A stretch of 64,000 nt of DNA from Candidatus Aminicenantales bacterium (GCA_049515535.1 JBEKTZ010000005.1:1-64000); one strand, 5' to 3'. Shown: positions 18,670-28,703, counted from the stretch's first letter. Program-made: numbers and translations. The notes: generated from the sequence alone by a model not told the origin.

Positions 18670-20235
18670 TCATTCGAGGAATTTCGCGGCTTCGGGCATC
18701 ATTTGGAGGGCCTTGAGGATGACCGCGTCGGCCAGCTCATACGCCCGCCAACCCATTTCGATGTTCCAGATGACCGAAGAAATCTCCCGCTCCAACTCGC
18801 GCCTGATCTCGCCCTCCGCTTCCTTGAACTTCTTGGGGTCATAATTGAGCTTGTTCGCCTGGAGATAACCCTTGAAATCCTCGAGAACCGCCGCGTCGGC
18901 GATGAAGCTTTTCCCGATCAGGATTTTGCCGGGAGGGAGCGGGCCCTTGACCTGGGCTTCCTGAGGAAAGATGAAATTTTTCGAAAGCGGCGTCTCGTGG
19001 CTGAAGAATTTCCGGGCGTAGGCAAAGAATGTCCCCGGCATGCGCAGCTCGAGCGTATAAATATGGTAGTCGAACTTCACCGTGTAATCGGGTGTGATGC
19101 CCCCTTCGCCCAAGACCTTGCGGCCCTTGTCCGTATACTTGATGTCCCGAGAGCTTTCGGGAACGGCCTTTGTGTCCAGGATGTAGTCGTCGAGGCGGCT
19201 GTAATTCCGCTGGAGGCAGCGGCCGCTCGGCGTATAATATTTGGCGATCGTCAGGGCCACGGCCATGTTCGACGCCACCGGGAAGAGCGTCTGGACCATC
19301 CCCTTGCCCCAAGAATCCTCGCCGATGAGGAGGCCGCGGTCGTGATCCATCACGGCGCCGGCCACGATCTCGGAGGCGCTGGCGCTCCCTTGGTTGATGA
19401 GGACGATGACCGGCAGCTTTTCGTACTGGTTGCTTCCGGAAGCGCGATATTCGCGATCGTATATCGCGTTCCGGCCTTTGACGGAGACCACGAGAGCCCC
19501 CTTCGGCAGGAATTCGTCGGCGACTTCGATGGCCGGGAAAAGCGATCCGCCCGGGTTATTTCTCAGATCGAGGACGAGGCTCTTCATCCCCTGCTGGGTC
19601 AAGGCCTCGAGTTTCTTCTTGAACTCCTCGCCGGTCGTCTCCGCGAAATTTCGGATGAAAATATAGCCGACGCCTTCTTGGAGAAGAAAAGCGTAGGGGA
19701 CGCTGTAAAGGGGGATCTCCTCGCGCGTGATGGTCATTTCGAGCGACTTTTCCAGTTTTTCCCGGGCGATAGTGATGTTGACTTTCGTCCCCTTGGGGCC
19801 GCGGAGCTTGTCCACGGCATCCTGCGAGGAGAGAGGCTTCGTGCTCTCCCCGTTGATATGGGTGATGATGTCGCCCGGCTGCACTCCCAAACGCCAGGAT
19901 GGGCCGCCCTCGATCGGCGCGATCACGACCAGCCGGTCCGCTTGTTTCTGGATCTGGGTGCCGATTCCGTAATATTTACCTTTCTGTTCCTCGAACATTC
20001 GGGAAAAATTGTCCGGATCGAGGAAATAGGAATGCGGGTCGAGGGTTTGGAGCATGCCCTTGATGGATTCCTGGACCATTTTCTCGGAGTCGACGGGCTG
20101 GAAATAATTCTGGTCGATGACGGCTTCCATGGCCGCTATCTTCTCCAGGGACCGGTCCCAGATCTCGTCGTCCCGGGCGCCGAGCGAGACCAGGCCGGCC
20201 ACGAGAAGCAGAAGGAAAAAGATCTTTTTCTTCAT
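18670..20235 (-). CDS. ctpA: Carboxyl-terminal processing protease (S41) with PDZ domain
   Basis: Signal peptide, LDPHS, PDZ, DLRNNPGG, SASASEI, GKGMVQ. Confidence 0.92.
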   Translation of the reverse strand: MKKKIFFLLLLVAGLVSLGARDDEIWDRSLEKIAAMEAVIDQNYFQPVDSEKMVQESIKGMLQTLDPHSYFLDPDNFSRMFEEQKGKYYGIGTQIQKQADRLVVIAPIEGGPSWRLGVQPGDIITHINGESTKPLSSQDAVDKLRGPKGTKVNITIAREKLEKSLEMTITREEIPLYSVPYAFLLQEGVGYIFIRNFAETTGEEFKKKLEALTQQGMKSLVLDLRNNPGGSLFPAIEVADEFLPKGALVVSVKGRNAIYDREYRASGSNQYEKLPVIVLINQGSASASEIVAGAVMDHDRGLLIGEDSWGKGMVQTLFPVASNMAVALTIAKYYTPSGRCLQRNYSRLDDYILDTKAVPESSRDIKYTDKGRKVLGEGGITPDYTVKFDYHIYTLELRMPGTFFAYARKFFSHETPLSKNFIFPQEAQVKGPLPPGKILIGKSFIADAAVLEDFKGYLQANKLNYDPKKFKEAEGEIRRELEREISSVIWNIEMGWRAYELADAVILKALQMMPEAAKFLE

Positions 20236-20311
20236 CGTCTTAGAGAGAGAAAAGATTTTATCAAAGGGGGTGATTAAAGTAAAGGAGAGGGCGGGGAAGC
20301 CTGATCCCGGC

Positions 20312-20340
20312 TTGACTTATCCGGAGGTAAGGGCTATATT
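20312..20340 (+). promoter_or_regulatory. sigma-70 promoter for the tatA operon
   Basis: TTGACT-N17-TATATT. Confidence 0.6.
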
Positions 20341-20342
20341 TT

Positions 20343-20461
20343 GCGGGAGTCGAAGGACGAGCCTTCGGCTCGCCACTCGCCCGTGACTTATATCCACGGG
20401 CGAGTACGGCGGAAGTGGACGCCCGGGCAAAGCCCGGGGCCCCAGCCGCTGTCGAGGCCGC
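20343..20461. other. GC-rich multi-hairpin element in the tatA leader
   Basis: CGAGCC-TTC-GGCTCG (20358-20372); 11-bp stem ACTCGCCCGTG/CACGGGCGAGT (20375-20405); CCCGGGC-AAA-GCCCGGG (20422-20438). Confidence 0.7.
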
Positions 20462-20467
20462 AAAAAG

Positions 20468-20725
20468 ATGAACATGTTTGGCTTGGGATTACCGGAGCTG
20501 ATTCTCATTTTCGCCATCGCCCTGATCGTCTTCGGCCCCAAGAAACTCCCCGAGGTCGGCCGGTCGATCGGGAAGGCCATCCGCGAATTCAAGCGGACCA
20601 CGGAAGACATCAAGGGCAAATTCGAAGAACAAATCAACGCCGAGGAATTCAAGGATATTCAAAACGATATCAAAGACGCCGCAAAGGACACGCATGAGGA
20701 CGGGGAAGACAAAAAAATCTCCTGA
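20468..20725 (+). CDS. tatA: Twin-arginine translocase TatA/TatB subunit
   Basis: [12 protein letters not shown]...[19 protein letters not shown]. Confidence 0.92.
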   Translation: MNMFGLGLPELILIFAIALIVFGPKKLPEVGRSIGKAIREFKRTTEDIKGKFEEQINAEEFKDIQNDIKDAAKDTHEDGEDKKIS

Positions 20726-21491
20726 CGAGATGACCTTCCTCGAACATCTCGAAGACCTGCGCAAAAGAATCATCCATTCCCTCTTGGCCCTGGTCATCAC
20801 CATCATCCCGGGCGCGATATGGGCCGGCGACATTTTCAGAATCCTGGCCCGTCCGGTGACCCAGTATCTTCCGGAGGGAGGCAAGCTGGCCTTCACGAAG
20901 CTCACTTCGCCGTTCATGCTCTACATGAAGGTCGCCTTTCTCGTCGCGGTCTTTCTCGCCCTGCCCGTCATCTTCCTCCAGATCTGGTATTTCGTGGCCC
21001 CCGGCCTTTACCGGAAAGAGAAAAAATACGTCTGGCCTTTTGTCATCTTCACGACCTTCTTTTTTCTCCTCGGCGCGGCTTTCGGGTATTTCGTCATGTT
21101 TCCCTTCGCCTGCCGGTTTTTCCTCCACCTCGGGCATGATTTTCAGGCCATCATTACGATCGAGGAATATTTCGGCATGATGCTGAAAACGCTCCTGGCC
21201 ATCGGCGCCGTCTTCGAGATGCCGACCCTGATCTTCTTCCTGGCGAAAATGGGGCTCGTGACGTCCGGCTGGATGCTCAAGAATTTCAAGTACGCGATCC
21301 TGGCCGTTTTCATCATCGCCGCCGTCATCACCCCGACGCCCGACATGATCAACCAAACCATCGTCGCCCTCCCCATGCTGGCTCTTTATTCGTTCGGCAT
21401 CCTGATCGCATTCCTCTTCGGCAAAGAGAGGAAAACGCGGAGAGAGCGAAAGAAGGGAAAAGACAAAGCCGAGGTCGATCTCGCCGGGTGA
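20694..21491 (+). CDS. tatC: Twin-arginine translocase TatC
   Basis: [29 protein letters not shown]. Confidence 0.96.
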   Translation: MRTGKTKKSPDEMTFLEHLEDLRKRIIHSLLALVITIIPGAIWAGDIFRILARPVTQYLPEGGKLAFTKLTSPFMLYMKVAFLVAVFLALPVIFLQIWYFVAPGLYRKEKKYVWPFVIFTTFFFLLGAAFGYFVMFPFACRFFLHLGHDFQAIITIEEYFGMMLKTLLAIGAVFEMPTLIFFLAKMGLVTSGWMLKNFKYAILAVFIIAAVITPTPDMINQTIVALPMLALYSFGILIAFLFGKERKTRRERKKGKDKAEVDLAG

Positions 21492-21498
21492 CCGTTCC

Positions 21499-22032
21499 AT
21501 GCCGCACCGTCTCATCGGCCTGACCGGAACCAACGGCTCGGGCAAGGGCGAAGCCGCCGCGTTCCTCGTGACCATGGGGTACGCTTATTTTTCCCTTTCG
21601 GATATCATCCGGGAGAAACTCGCGGAAGACGGCCTCGAGACGAGCCGGGACAATCTCATTCGAAAGGGCAACGATCTCCGCCGGCTGGGCGGAGCGGACA
21701 TCTTGGCCCGTCTGGTCATGGCCAAGGTCCGCGGCAAGGCCGTGATCGACAGCATTCGCAACCCGAAAGAGATCGAATACCTGAAAAGGCAGCCCGGCTT
21801 CATCCTCCTCGCCATCGACGCCCCCGCGGCTCTTCGCTTCGCGCGCGTCCAAAAGCGGGGCCGCGACGAATCGGCCGGGACGCTCGACGCGTTCATCCGG
21901 AAAGAAGCCGAGGAGAACGGCGCCGACCCCGCCGCCCAGCGGCTCCGGGACTGCATGGCCCTCGCGGACGAGACGATCGTCAACGACGGCACTCTCGAAG
22001 ACCTCACCCGAAAACTGGAGGAACTCGCATGA
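21499..22032 (+). CDS. P-loop nucleotide kinase (UPF0200/dephospho-CoA-kinase-like)
   Basis: IGLTGTNGSGKG, SLSDIIRE, VIDSIRNPKE, RFARVQKRGR; ATGA overlap with the next gene. Confidence 0.8.
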   Translation: MPHRLIGLTGTNGSGKGEAAAFLVTMGYAYFSLSDIIREKLAEDGLETSRDNLIRKGNDLRRLGGADILARLVMAKVRGKAVIDSIRNPKEIEYLKRQPGFILLAIDAPAALRFARVQKRGRDESAGTLDAFIRKEAEENGADPAAQRLRDCMALADETIVNDGTLEDLTRKLEELA

Positions 22033-22538
22033 CACCGCCCCGCATTTCGAAGGACGAGTACTATCTCGGCATCGCCAGGGAAGTGGCCCGCCGCAGCACG
22101 TGCTTCCGGCGCTCGATCGGCGCCATCATCGTTCGCGACGACCAGATCATCTCCACGGGCTACGTCGGCGCCCCGCGCAAGACCCGCGACAGCGTGGAGC
22201 ACGGATTCTGCCTGCGTGACAGGCTTAACATCCCCCACGGCCAGCGCTACGAGCTCTGCCGGAGCGTCCACGCCGAACAGAACGCCATCATCAACGCCGC
22301 TCGCGCCGGCGTCAGTCTTCTCGGCGGCAACATGTACATATTTGGATCGGCCGCGGACACAAGCGCTCCCATCAACGCTTTCCCTTGTTTCATTTGCAAG
22401 AAGATGCTTGTCAACGCCGGCCTGAACCGCGTCATCTGCTCGACCTCGGACGGAAAGCATCTGGGCTTCACGATCGAGGACTGGGCGAAGGCCTGGAGCG
22501 AAGGAGACATCCTGGATGACACGCACCAGTATGGATAA
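22029..22538 (+). CDS. dCMP deaminase family protein
   Basis: RSTC.RR.IGA, HAEQNA, PCFIC zinc motifs. Confidence 0.9.
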   Translation: MTPPRISKDEYYLGIAREVARRSTCFRRSIGAIIVRDDQIISTGYVGAPRKTRDSVEHGFCLRDRLNIPHGQRYELCRSVHAEQNAIINAARAGVSLLGGNMYIFGSAADTSAPINAFPCFICKKMLVNAGLNRVICSTSDGKHLGFTIEDWAKAWSEGDILDDTHQYG

Positions 22539-24693
22539 GAAACATCTCCGCGTTTTCGCGGCCGTCCTTCTTTCGCTCGCCACCGTCGGCCTGGAATCCG
22601 CGCCGCGGGCCGCGGAACGCGCCGCGCCTCAGACCGAAGCCGGCCTGCTCAAGCTCCTCGATATCACGGCGTCGCCCGAATCCATCGATTACGTCGCCGA
22701 TAAAGCCCAATTCCAGCTCCACTCGCTCCTCACCGAGCAGCGCCACCCGAAAACCTGGAATATGAGCGAGAAGATCAAAACGGACACCGAAGCCGGGCTG
22801 CGCATGCTCTTTTCCGTCGATGACGACATCGCCGCGCGCCTCGAAAAGCTCGCCGCGGACAAGCCCCTTATCGATCAGCTCGTGACCGAGATCGAATACG
22901 CGATCCTGGCCAAAAAAAAGATCTATATCTACGGCTGCGGGGCAACCGGACGGCTGGCCAAGCAGATGGAATCGAGCTTCTGGCGCCCGTTCTGGAAGAA
23001 GGTCAAGGCCGATGCCGATCTCTGGGCCAAATGCCGCGAGCGCCTCGACCCTGCCGTCGAGGACGAGCTCATCGGCGAAATGACCGGCGCGGACCGGGCC
23101 CTCATCAGCTCGCTCGAGGGGTTCGAGGATCTCCAGCTCATCGGCCGGCTCCAGCTCAACGACCGGGGCGTCAAAAAAGGCGATCTCGTCATCTGCGTCA
23201 CCGAGGGCGGGGAGACGTCTTCGGTCATCGGCACGGTCCTCGGCGCGCTCGGACAATGGAAAGCGGAAACGGGATATGCGCCGAACGAGAGCCGAAAGAA
23301 ACTCTACTTCGTCTATAACAACCCGGACGACAAGCTCATGCCGTTCGAGCGGAGCCGCAAGGTCATCGAGGAGCCGGGCATCACCAAAATCAACCTGACC
23401 ACGGGGCCCCAGGCCGTCACCGGCTCGACGCGGATGCAGGCGACGACGATCGAAACCTTCGTCGTCGGGAGCGCGATCGAGACCGCCGTCGAGCGGATCC
23501 TGAGGCGGATGCTCGCGAAAAAGGACATGGGGCGGCTGGGCTTCACCGCGGAAACGGGACTCGATGCCCGCTTGGCGAGATTCCCGTCCCTGCTCCAGGA
23601 AATCAGAAAAGCGGTTCCCGCGATTTCAGCCCTGACGAACATCGAGACGAAAGCTTACGCGGAGGGGCATTTCTCGACGTATTTCGCCGGGACGGGCCTG
23701 ATCACGGTCTTCATCGACAGCACGGAGAGGAGCCCGACGTTCCGCCTTTATCCGCTGGACACCGTGAAAGAGCCGCGGCGAAAATGCTGGATCCAGGTCT
23801 GGACCGGAGCGCCCGACCTCAACTCCGCCTGGCTGGCCTTTCTCGGCCGGCCGTTCCGCGGGTTGGCGCCAAAGCTGTACCAGGGGTCTTTCGAGAACGA
23901 GATCGAAGACGCGTTCCTCCAAGCGAAAGCGCTCGAAAGCCTGGGGAAGGCCGGAAACGACCAGCAAAATCTCTATGACTTCTCGTTTTCCGAGGCCGGC
24001 ATCAAGAAGCGGGGGCCCCAGGCCGGCGATATCGGCGTCATGGCCCTTTTCGCGCCCGAAATCGATGAGTTGAAAAATCCTTATTCGAAGTTCCATCAAT
24101 TCGCCGAGCTCACCGCGAACGCCGGGGCCGGACTGGGGATCATCGCGATCGCGGACAAGCCGGCCAAAGGAACGGCGCCCGCGATGCCGGACATGTCGTT
24201 CGTTAAAGGCCAGATGAAGGGTCCGGTCGCCGTCGTCCGGCTGGAGATCGCGTCGAACGACGATCCCTTCGGCGTCGAGAGGCACGTCGCGCTCAAGATG
24301 CTTCTCAACGCCCATTCGACCGCCGTCATGGCCAAACTCGGCAAAGTCATCGGCAACACGATGACCAATGTCAGCCCGACCAACTTGAAGCTCATCGGCC
24401 GCGCGACGTATCTCATCCAGCTCCACGTGAACGATATCCTGAACAACCCGCAATGGGTCCGTCAATACGGCCCGCATCGGCCGATTTCCTACGGAGAAGC
24501 GAACGCCGTCTTGTTCGATTCGATCGCGTTCATGAAGGACCGCGCCGAGGATACCGGACAGGCGGCCGAAGTGCCTCTATCCATCATCCGCATCTTGGAT
24601 TCGATCCGGCAAAAACGCTGCTTCGCGCCGGAAGAAGCGCTGGAGATCGTCAAGACCCCGGGGCTGGCGGCGTATCTCGCGGCCTGGAAATGA
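22531..24693 (+). CDS. Large SIS-domain protein, MurQ / glucokinase-regulator-like
   Basis: GCGATGRLA, SSLEGFED, GPQAVTGSTRMQA, LKMLLNAHST...GKVIGNTM...TNLKLIGRA; possible signal peptide. Confidence 0.75.
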   Translation: MDKKHLRVFAAVLLSLATVGLESAPRAAERAAPQTEAGLLKLLDITASPESIDYVADKAQFQLHSLLTEQRHPKTWNMSEKIKTDTEAGLRMLFSVDDDIAARLEKLAADKPLIDQLVTEIEYAILAKKKIYIYGCGATGRLAKQMESSFWRPFWKKVKADADLWAKCRERLDPAVEDELIGEMTGADRALISSLEGFEDLQLIGRLQLNDRGVKKGDLVICVTEGGETSSVIGTVLGALGQWKAETGYAPNESRKKLYFVYNNPDDKLMPFERSRKVIEEPGITKINLTTGPQAVTGSTRMQATTIETFVVGSAIETAVERILRRMLAKKDMGRLGFTAETGLDARLARFPSLLQEIRKAVPAISALTNIETKAYAEGHFSTYFAGTGLITVFIDSTERSPTFRLYPLDTVKEPRRKCWIQVWTGAPDLNSAWLAFLGRPFRGLAPKLYQGSFENEIEDAFLQAKALESLGKAGNDQQNLYDFSFSEAGIKKRGPQAGDIGVMALFAPEIDELKNPYSKFHQFAELTANAGAGLGIIAIADKPAKGTAPAMPDMSFVKGQMKGPVAVVRLEIASNDDPFGVERHVALKMLLNAHSTAVMAKLGKVIGNTMTNVSPTNLKLIGRATYLIQLHVNDILNNPQWVRQYGPHRPISYGEANAVLFDSIAFMKDRAEDTGQAAEVPLSIIRILDSIRQKRCFAPEEALEIVKTPGLAAYLAAWK

Positions 24694-24796
24694 CGAAAAT
24701 GACGGAGACATAATACCTGATTCCCTATTCCCGGATGATCGGAACTTAAAAAGCGTCGGCCTTTTTTTCAAGCGGGATTAAGCGATAGAGAAACAC

Positions 24797-24837
24797 GGGG
24801 GCGCGTCCCTCATTTCAGAAAATGGAGGACGCGTCCC
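24797..24837. terminator. Hairpin between convergent genes
   Basis: GGGGGCGCGTCC...GGACGCGTCCC imperfect stem. Confidence 0.5.
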
Positions 24838-24845
24838 TTCAGGCC

Positions 24846-25970
24846 TCATCCGATGGGCGGGACGTTGGTCACGCCGTAGCACGGCTCGATGTAGGACCGT
24901 TTTTCCTTTCTGGGTTTTTTCTTGGGGCCGGCCTGCGGCTGTGGATAAGCGTAAATCTCGCCCGCGTAGTTGCGCATGACGACCTGTTCGTCGTTGAGCG
25001 TCTGGACGTACTTCGGCAGGACCGGGATCTTGCCGCCGCCGCCCGGCGCGTCGATGACGTAATACGGCACGGCGAGGCCCGAAGTCCAGCCGCGCAGGGC
25101 GTCCATGATTTCGATGCCCTTCTCGACCGTCGTCCGGAGATGATCGGTCCCTTCGACATAATCCGCCTGGTAGATGTAATACGGACGGACGCGCGCGCAG
25201 AGAAGCTTCTGCATGAGCCGGCGCATGACCGCCGGATCGTCGTTGACGCCTTTGAGCAGGACGGTTTGGCTTCCGAGCGGGATGCCGGCGTCGGCGAGCA
25301 GACCGAGGGCCTGGTTCGCCTCGGGCGTAAGCTCGTCCGGGTGGTTGAAATGGACGTTGACGTAGAGCGGATGGAACTTCTTCAGCATGGCCGCGAGCTT
25401 AGGCGTCACGCGCTGGGGCAGGAAGCACGGCACGCGCGTCCCGACGCGCAGGATCTCGAGGTGCGGGATGGCCCGCAATTCCGTCAGGATATATTCGAGC
25501 CGGGCGTCGCTGAGCATCAGCGGATCGCCGCCCGAAACGATGACGTCCCGGATTTCCGGATGGCTCCGGATGTAGTCCAGCCCGTCCTCGATGTAACGCG
25601 GATGAATTTTGCTCGCGTTACCGACCTTCCGTTTCCTCGTGCAGAACCGGCAGTAGGACGCGCAGCTGTGCGAAACGAGGAACAGAAGCCGGTCCGGATA
25701 GCGATGAACCACGCTCGGAACGGGGGAATCCTGATCCTCCATCAGCGGATCGGCGACGCCGACCGAACGCTCAAGTTCGGCCGGATCGGGCACGATCTGG
25801 CGGTAGATCGGATCCCCTTTGTCCTTGATCAAGCCGGCGTAATACGGCGTGATCTGCGTCTTAAAGACGCGGGCAACCTTGCGAATCTGCTCTTTGTTCA
25901 AGCCGAAGCGCGCGGCGATCTCGTCCGGTGTTCGCAGGCTGCCCCTCAATATTTGCGGCCATTCGTCCAT
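24846..25970 (-). CDS. kamA: KamA-family radical SAM/PLP aminomutase (lysine 2,3-aminomutase-like)
   Basis: DPLMED, HRYPDR, CASYCRFCTRKR, SGGDPL, HFNHP, RPYY, GGGGKIP. Confidence 0.88.
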   Translation of the reverse strand: MDEWPQILRGSLRTPDEIAARFGLNKEQIRKVARVFKTQITPYYAGLIKDKGDPIYRQIVPDPAELERSVGVADPLMEDQDSPVPSVVHRYPDRLLFLVSHSCASYCRFCTRKRKVGNASKIHPRYIEDGLDYIRSHPEIRDVIVSGGDPLMLSDARLEYILTELRAIPHLEILRVGTRVPCFLPQRVTPKLAAMLKKFHPLYVNVHFNHPDELTPEANQALGLLADAGIPLGSQTVLLKGVNDDPAVMRRLMQKLLCARVRPYYIYQADYVEGTDHLRTTVEKGIEIMDALRGWTSGLAVPYYVIDAPGGGGKIPVLPKYVQTLNDEQVVMRNYAGEIYAYPQPQAGPKKKPRKEKRSYIEPCYGVTNVPPIG

Positions 25971-25990
25971 CTTCCTGTCTCCTTTGACCT

Positions 25991-26464
25991 TCAAGCGAAA
26001 CGCTTGACATATATGACCTGGTCATCTCCGTCCTGGTAATAGTCCGGGATGCGGGCGATCTCTCGATATTTCAGGCCCAGATAAAAGCGGCGGGTCGGCT
26101 CGTATTTCGGCGTCGACGAGGTCTCGATGATGAGCAGCCGGCCCTTGAGCTCCACGACTTTCGCCTCGAGCCATTCGACCAGCTGCCGGCCGTAGCCTCT
26201 TCCCTGATGAAGCGGTGACACCGCCATCCAGTAGAGGTCATAGGTGCCGATGGTGAGCGCCGTCAGCCCCCACGTCATGTATCCGGCGATCTCGTGGTCC
26301 TCGGTCTCGATGACCACGACCTCGTAGTCTTTCTGATCGGGATGGTTTAGATAGACGTCGATCAGCTCCTCGGCGACAAGGATTTCGTCGGCCCGGAAAA
26401 ACCCCGTCGCTTCGATCAGCTCCATGACCAGGGATTTGTCGGATCTTGCCATCGGCCGGGTCAT
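25991..26464 (-). CDS. GNAT N-acetyltransferase
   Basis: LYWMAV.P.HQGRGYG acetyl-CoA motif, ETSS, RRFY; ATGA-coupled to the upstream ligase. Confidence 0.9.
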   Translation of the reverse strand: MTRPMARSDKSLVMELIEATGFFRADEILVAEELIDVYLNHPDQKDYEVVVIETEDHEIAGYMTWGLTALTIGTYDLYWMAVSPLHQGRGYGRQLVEWLEAKVVELKGRLLIIETSSTPKYEPTRRFYLGLKYREIARIPDYYQDGDDQVIYVKRFA

Positions 26465-27483
26465 TTTTTCACCTTTCTCGCCAAAGTTTTTTCGATCATC
26501 CTCTGCCAGAAGATCTTGTATTCGATGCCGGCGGCGCCCAGCGCCCGGGCAAAGCCGGCGTTGAGGCTGATGTCCGGGTTAGGGTTGACCTCGAGGATAT
26601 AGATCTTCCCTTTTTTGTCCATGCGGAAATCGACGCGCGCGTAATCGCGGCAGCCGACGACCTGAAAAGCCTTGACCGCCATTTCCTGCAGCTTCGTTTT
26701 CAGGGCGTCGTCGATCTGGGCCGGGCACACGGGAGGCGTGCTCGTGTAGAGGATATCATCGGTCAGCCATTTGGCCTGATAACACAGGATGTGCGTCTGG
26801 CCCTCGGGCATCTTGGAAAAATCGATCTCCGAGACGGGAAGCGCTTCGGGCTTGTTGTTTTCGATAACCGCCACGTTGAACTCCCGGCCCTCGATGAAAG
26901 TCTCGACGAGCGCCGGCTGTTCATAGACGTCCAGGATTTTCTGGACCTGTTTTTGCAGGCCTTCCTGGTCGTTGACCACGGATTCCGGGTTGATGCCCAG
27001 GCTGGCGTCCTCGGTGTTGGGCTTGACGATCACGGGAAAGGGGATGTCCAGCTTCGTCTCCAACGAATCGACGAGCTTCGCGGGGGCTGTCGGCAGGCCG
27101 CACTGTTTAAGGACGGCTTTCGTCTTGAATTTATTCAGGCAGAGGGCCAGCGTCCGGGAATCGTTGCCGGTGAAAGCGACGCCGAGCAATTCGAACGCCG
27201 CGGCCACATTGGCTTCGAGCTGGGGATATCCCGCGAACGCCTCGCAGAGGTTGATGATCGCGTCGGCGTTGAGGTCCTTGAGCCTGTTCAGGAAGCTCAT
27301 GAAGCTCCGGTGCAAGGGCAGGATGAAGGCCGTGTAGCCGAGCTCGGTGACGGCCGTAAGGACCTCCTTGGCCGTCTGTTCGACGGACTCCTCCGACGGC
27401 CGTTCCGTCTTCTGGCCGGTGAGCGGATCGTAGGCGTTGTAGGCGATGCCGACGAGGATGTTCTTTTCCTTCAGTTTACTCAT
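26461..27483 (-). CDS. D-Ala-D-Ala ligase-like ATP-grasp protein (copy 2)
   Basis: FTGN, IVKPNTEDASLGI, ETFIEGREF, YARVDFR, LEVNPNPD. Confidence 0.88.
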   Translation of the reverse strand: MSKLKEKNILVGIAYNAYDPLTGQKTERPSEESVEQTAKEVLTAVTELGYTAFILPLHRSFMSFLNRLKDLNADAIINLCEAFAGYPQLEANVAAAFELLGVAFTGNDSRTLALCLNKFKTKAVLKQCGLPTAPAKLVDSLETKLDIPFPVIVKPNTEDASLGINPESVVNDQEGLQKQVQKILDVYEQPALVETFIEGREFNVAVIENNKPEALPVSEIDFSKMPEGQTHILCYQAKWLTDDILYTSTPPVCPAQIDDALKTKLQEMAVKAFQVVGCRDYARVDFRMDKKGKIYILEVNPNPDISLNAGFARALGAAGIEYKIFWQRMIEKTLARKVKK

Positions 27484-28601
27484 CGGCGATCCCCGGCCTG
27501 CTTTCCGCTTTTTTTCGTTTTTTCGACGGGCGCTTTTTTGGCTCCCCCGTTTCCGCCGAGGCCGTAGCGGATCAACGCCTCATCTACCACTCTTAAAATC
27601 AGTTCATCGTAGGTATAGCCGGCCGTCCGCGCCGCCTTGGGCAGGCAGGAGTTGTCTTCGGGTTTGGGGAGGATCCCGGGCAGCGGGTTGACTTCCAGGA
27701 TATTGGGCTCGCCGTTCTCGTCGAGACGGACGTCGATGCGGCACCAGTCCTTGATCCGGAGGACCCGGCAAGTCTTCGCGACGAGGTCCTCGATCTTCGC
27801 CATCAGCTCGACCGGGATCCGCGCCGGACATTTGAAGATCTCGAGCGGCTTGTCGGGCGTGTCCCAGATCCACTTGGCTTCGTAAGAATAGATCGGGCGT
27901 GCGCCCTCGGGCAGGAGCCCGTGGTCGATCTCGACGATCGGCAGGATTTCATAGTGGGGGAAATTGCCGAGGACCCCGACCGTGAATTCCTTCCCGCCGA
28001 GAAAACGCTCGACGATGACCGGCTCTTTGTAAAGCGCCATGACTTCGCGAACCCGGTCGCCCAAGGCCTCGGGCGTATCCACGACCGAATCGTTCTTGAT
28101 GCCCTTGCTCGAGCCTTCGTAAAGCGGCTTGACGATCGCCGGCAGCTTGATGTCCGGCGGGATGTGCGCGCCGGGCTCGACGATCCAGAATTCGGGGTTC
28201 GGGACCTTGTGAAACGAGAGGATCTCCTTGGCCCGGGACTTGTCGAGACAAAGGCTCAGCGTCAGAGGATCCGAGCCGGTATAGGGGATGTCCAGGATCT
28301 CGCAGAGCGAGGGAATGTGCGACTCGCGATTGGGGCCGAACAGCCGCTCGGCGATGTTGAAGACGAGGTCCGGTTTTGCTTTCTTGAGCCGGCCGAAGGC
28401 CCGCTCGTCGGACTCGATGGGGATGACGTCGTAGCGCGCACGGAGAGCCTCCGCGACGGCCGTTATGGTTTCATCAGAATCGCACTCGGCGAGCAGGTCG
28501 AGTGGAGGTTCGTCGTCTTCATCCCGGTTGTCCCCGGGAGAACGATGATTCAACGAAGAGGCCATTCCCGCTTTCGAGCTGTAGAGCAACGCAATCTTCA
28601 T
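27480..28601 (-). CDS. D-Ala-D-Ala ligase-like ATP-grasp protein (copy 1)
   Basis: IPYTGSD, IVKPLYEGSSKGI, ERFLGGKEF, RIDVR, LEVNPLPG. Confidence 0.88.
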   Translation of the reverse strand: MKIALLYSSKAGMASSLNHRSPGDNRDEDDEPPLDLLAECDSDETITAVAEALRARYDVIPIESDERAFGRLKKAKPDLVFNIAERLFGPNRESHIPSLCEILDIPYTGSDPLTLSLCLDKSRAKEILSFHKVPNPEFWIVEPGAHIPPDIKLPAIVKPLYEGSSKGIKNDSVVDTPEALGDRVREVMALYKEPVIVERFLGGKEFTVGVLGNFPHYEILPIVEIDHGLLPEGARPIYSYEAKWIWDTPDKPLEIFKCPARIPVELMAKIEDLVAKTCRVLRIKDWCRIDVRLDENGEPNILEVNPLPGILPKPEDNSCLPKAARTAGYTYDELILRVVDEALIRYGLGGNGGAKKAPVEKTKKSGKQAGDRR

Positions 28602-28703
28602 CGCAACTTTTCTCGGCTTCGTCTTAAGCTCTCGAAGGTCCCCCGCATCATGATCAAGTCAACTCGAATATTTCGCATCCAGCTATCGGTCTTTTCATCT
28701 TCA

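Noticed and set aside
26461..28601. Housekeeping ddl or a VanA-type resistance cluster
   Set aside because: N-terminal Ddl motif absent; no vanH/vanX/vanRS or mur genes nearby.
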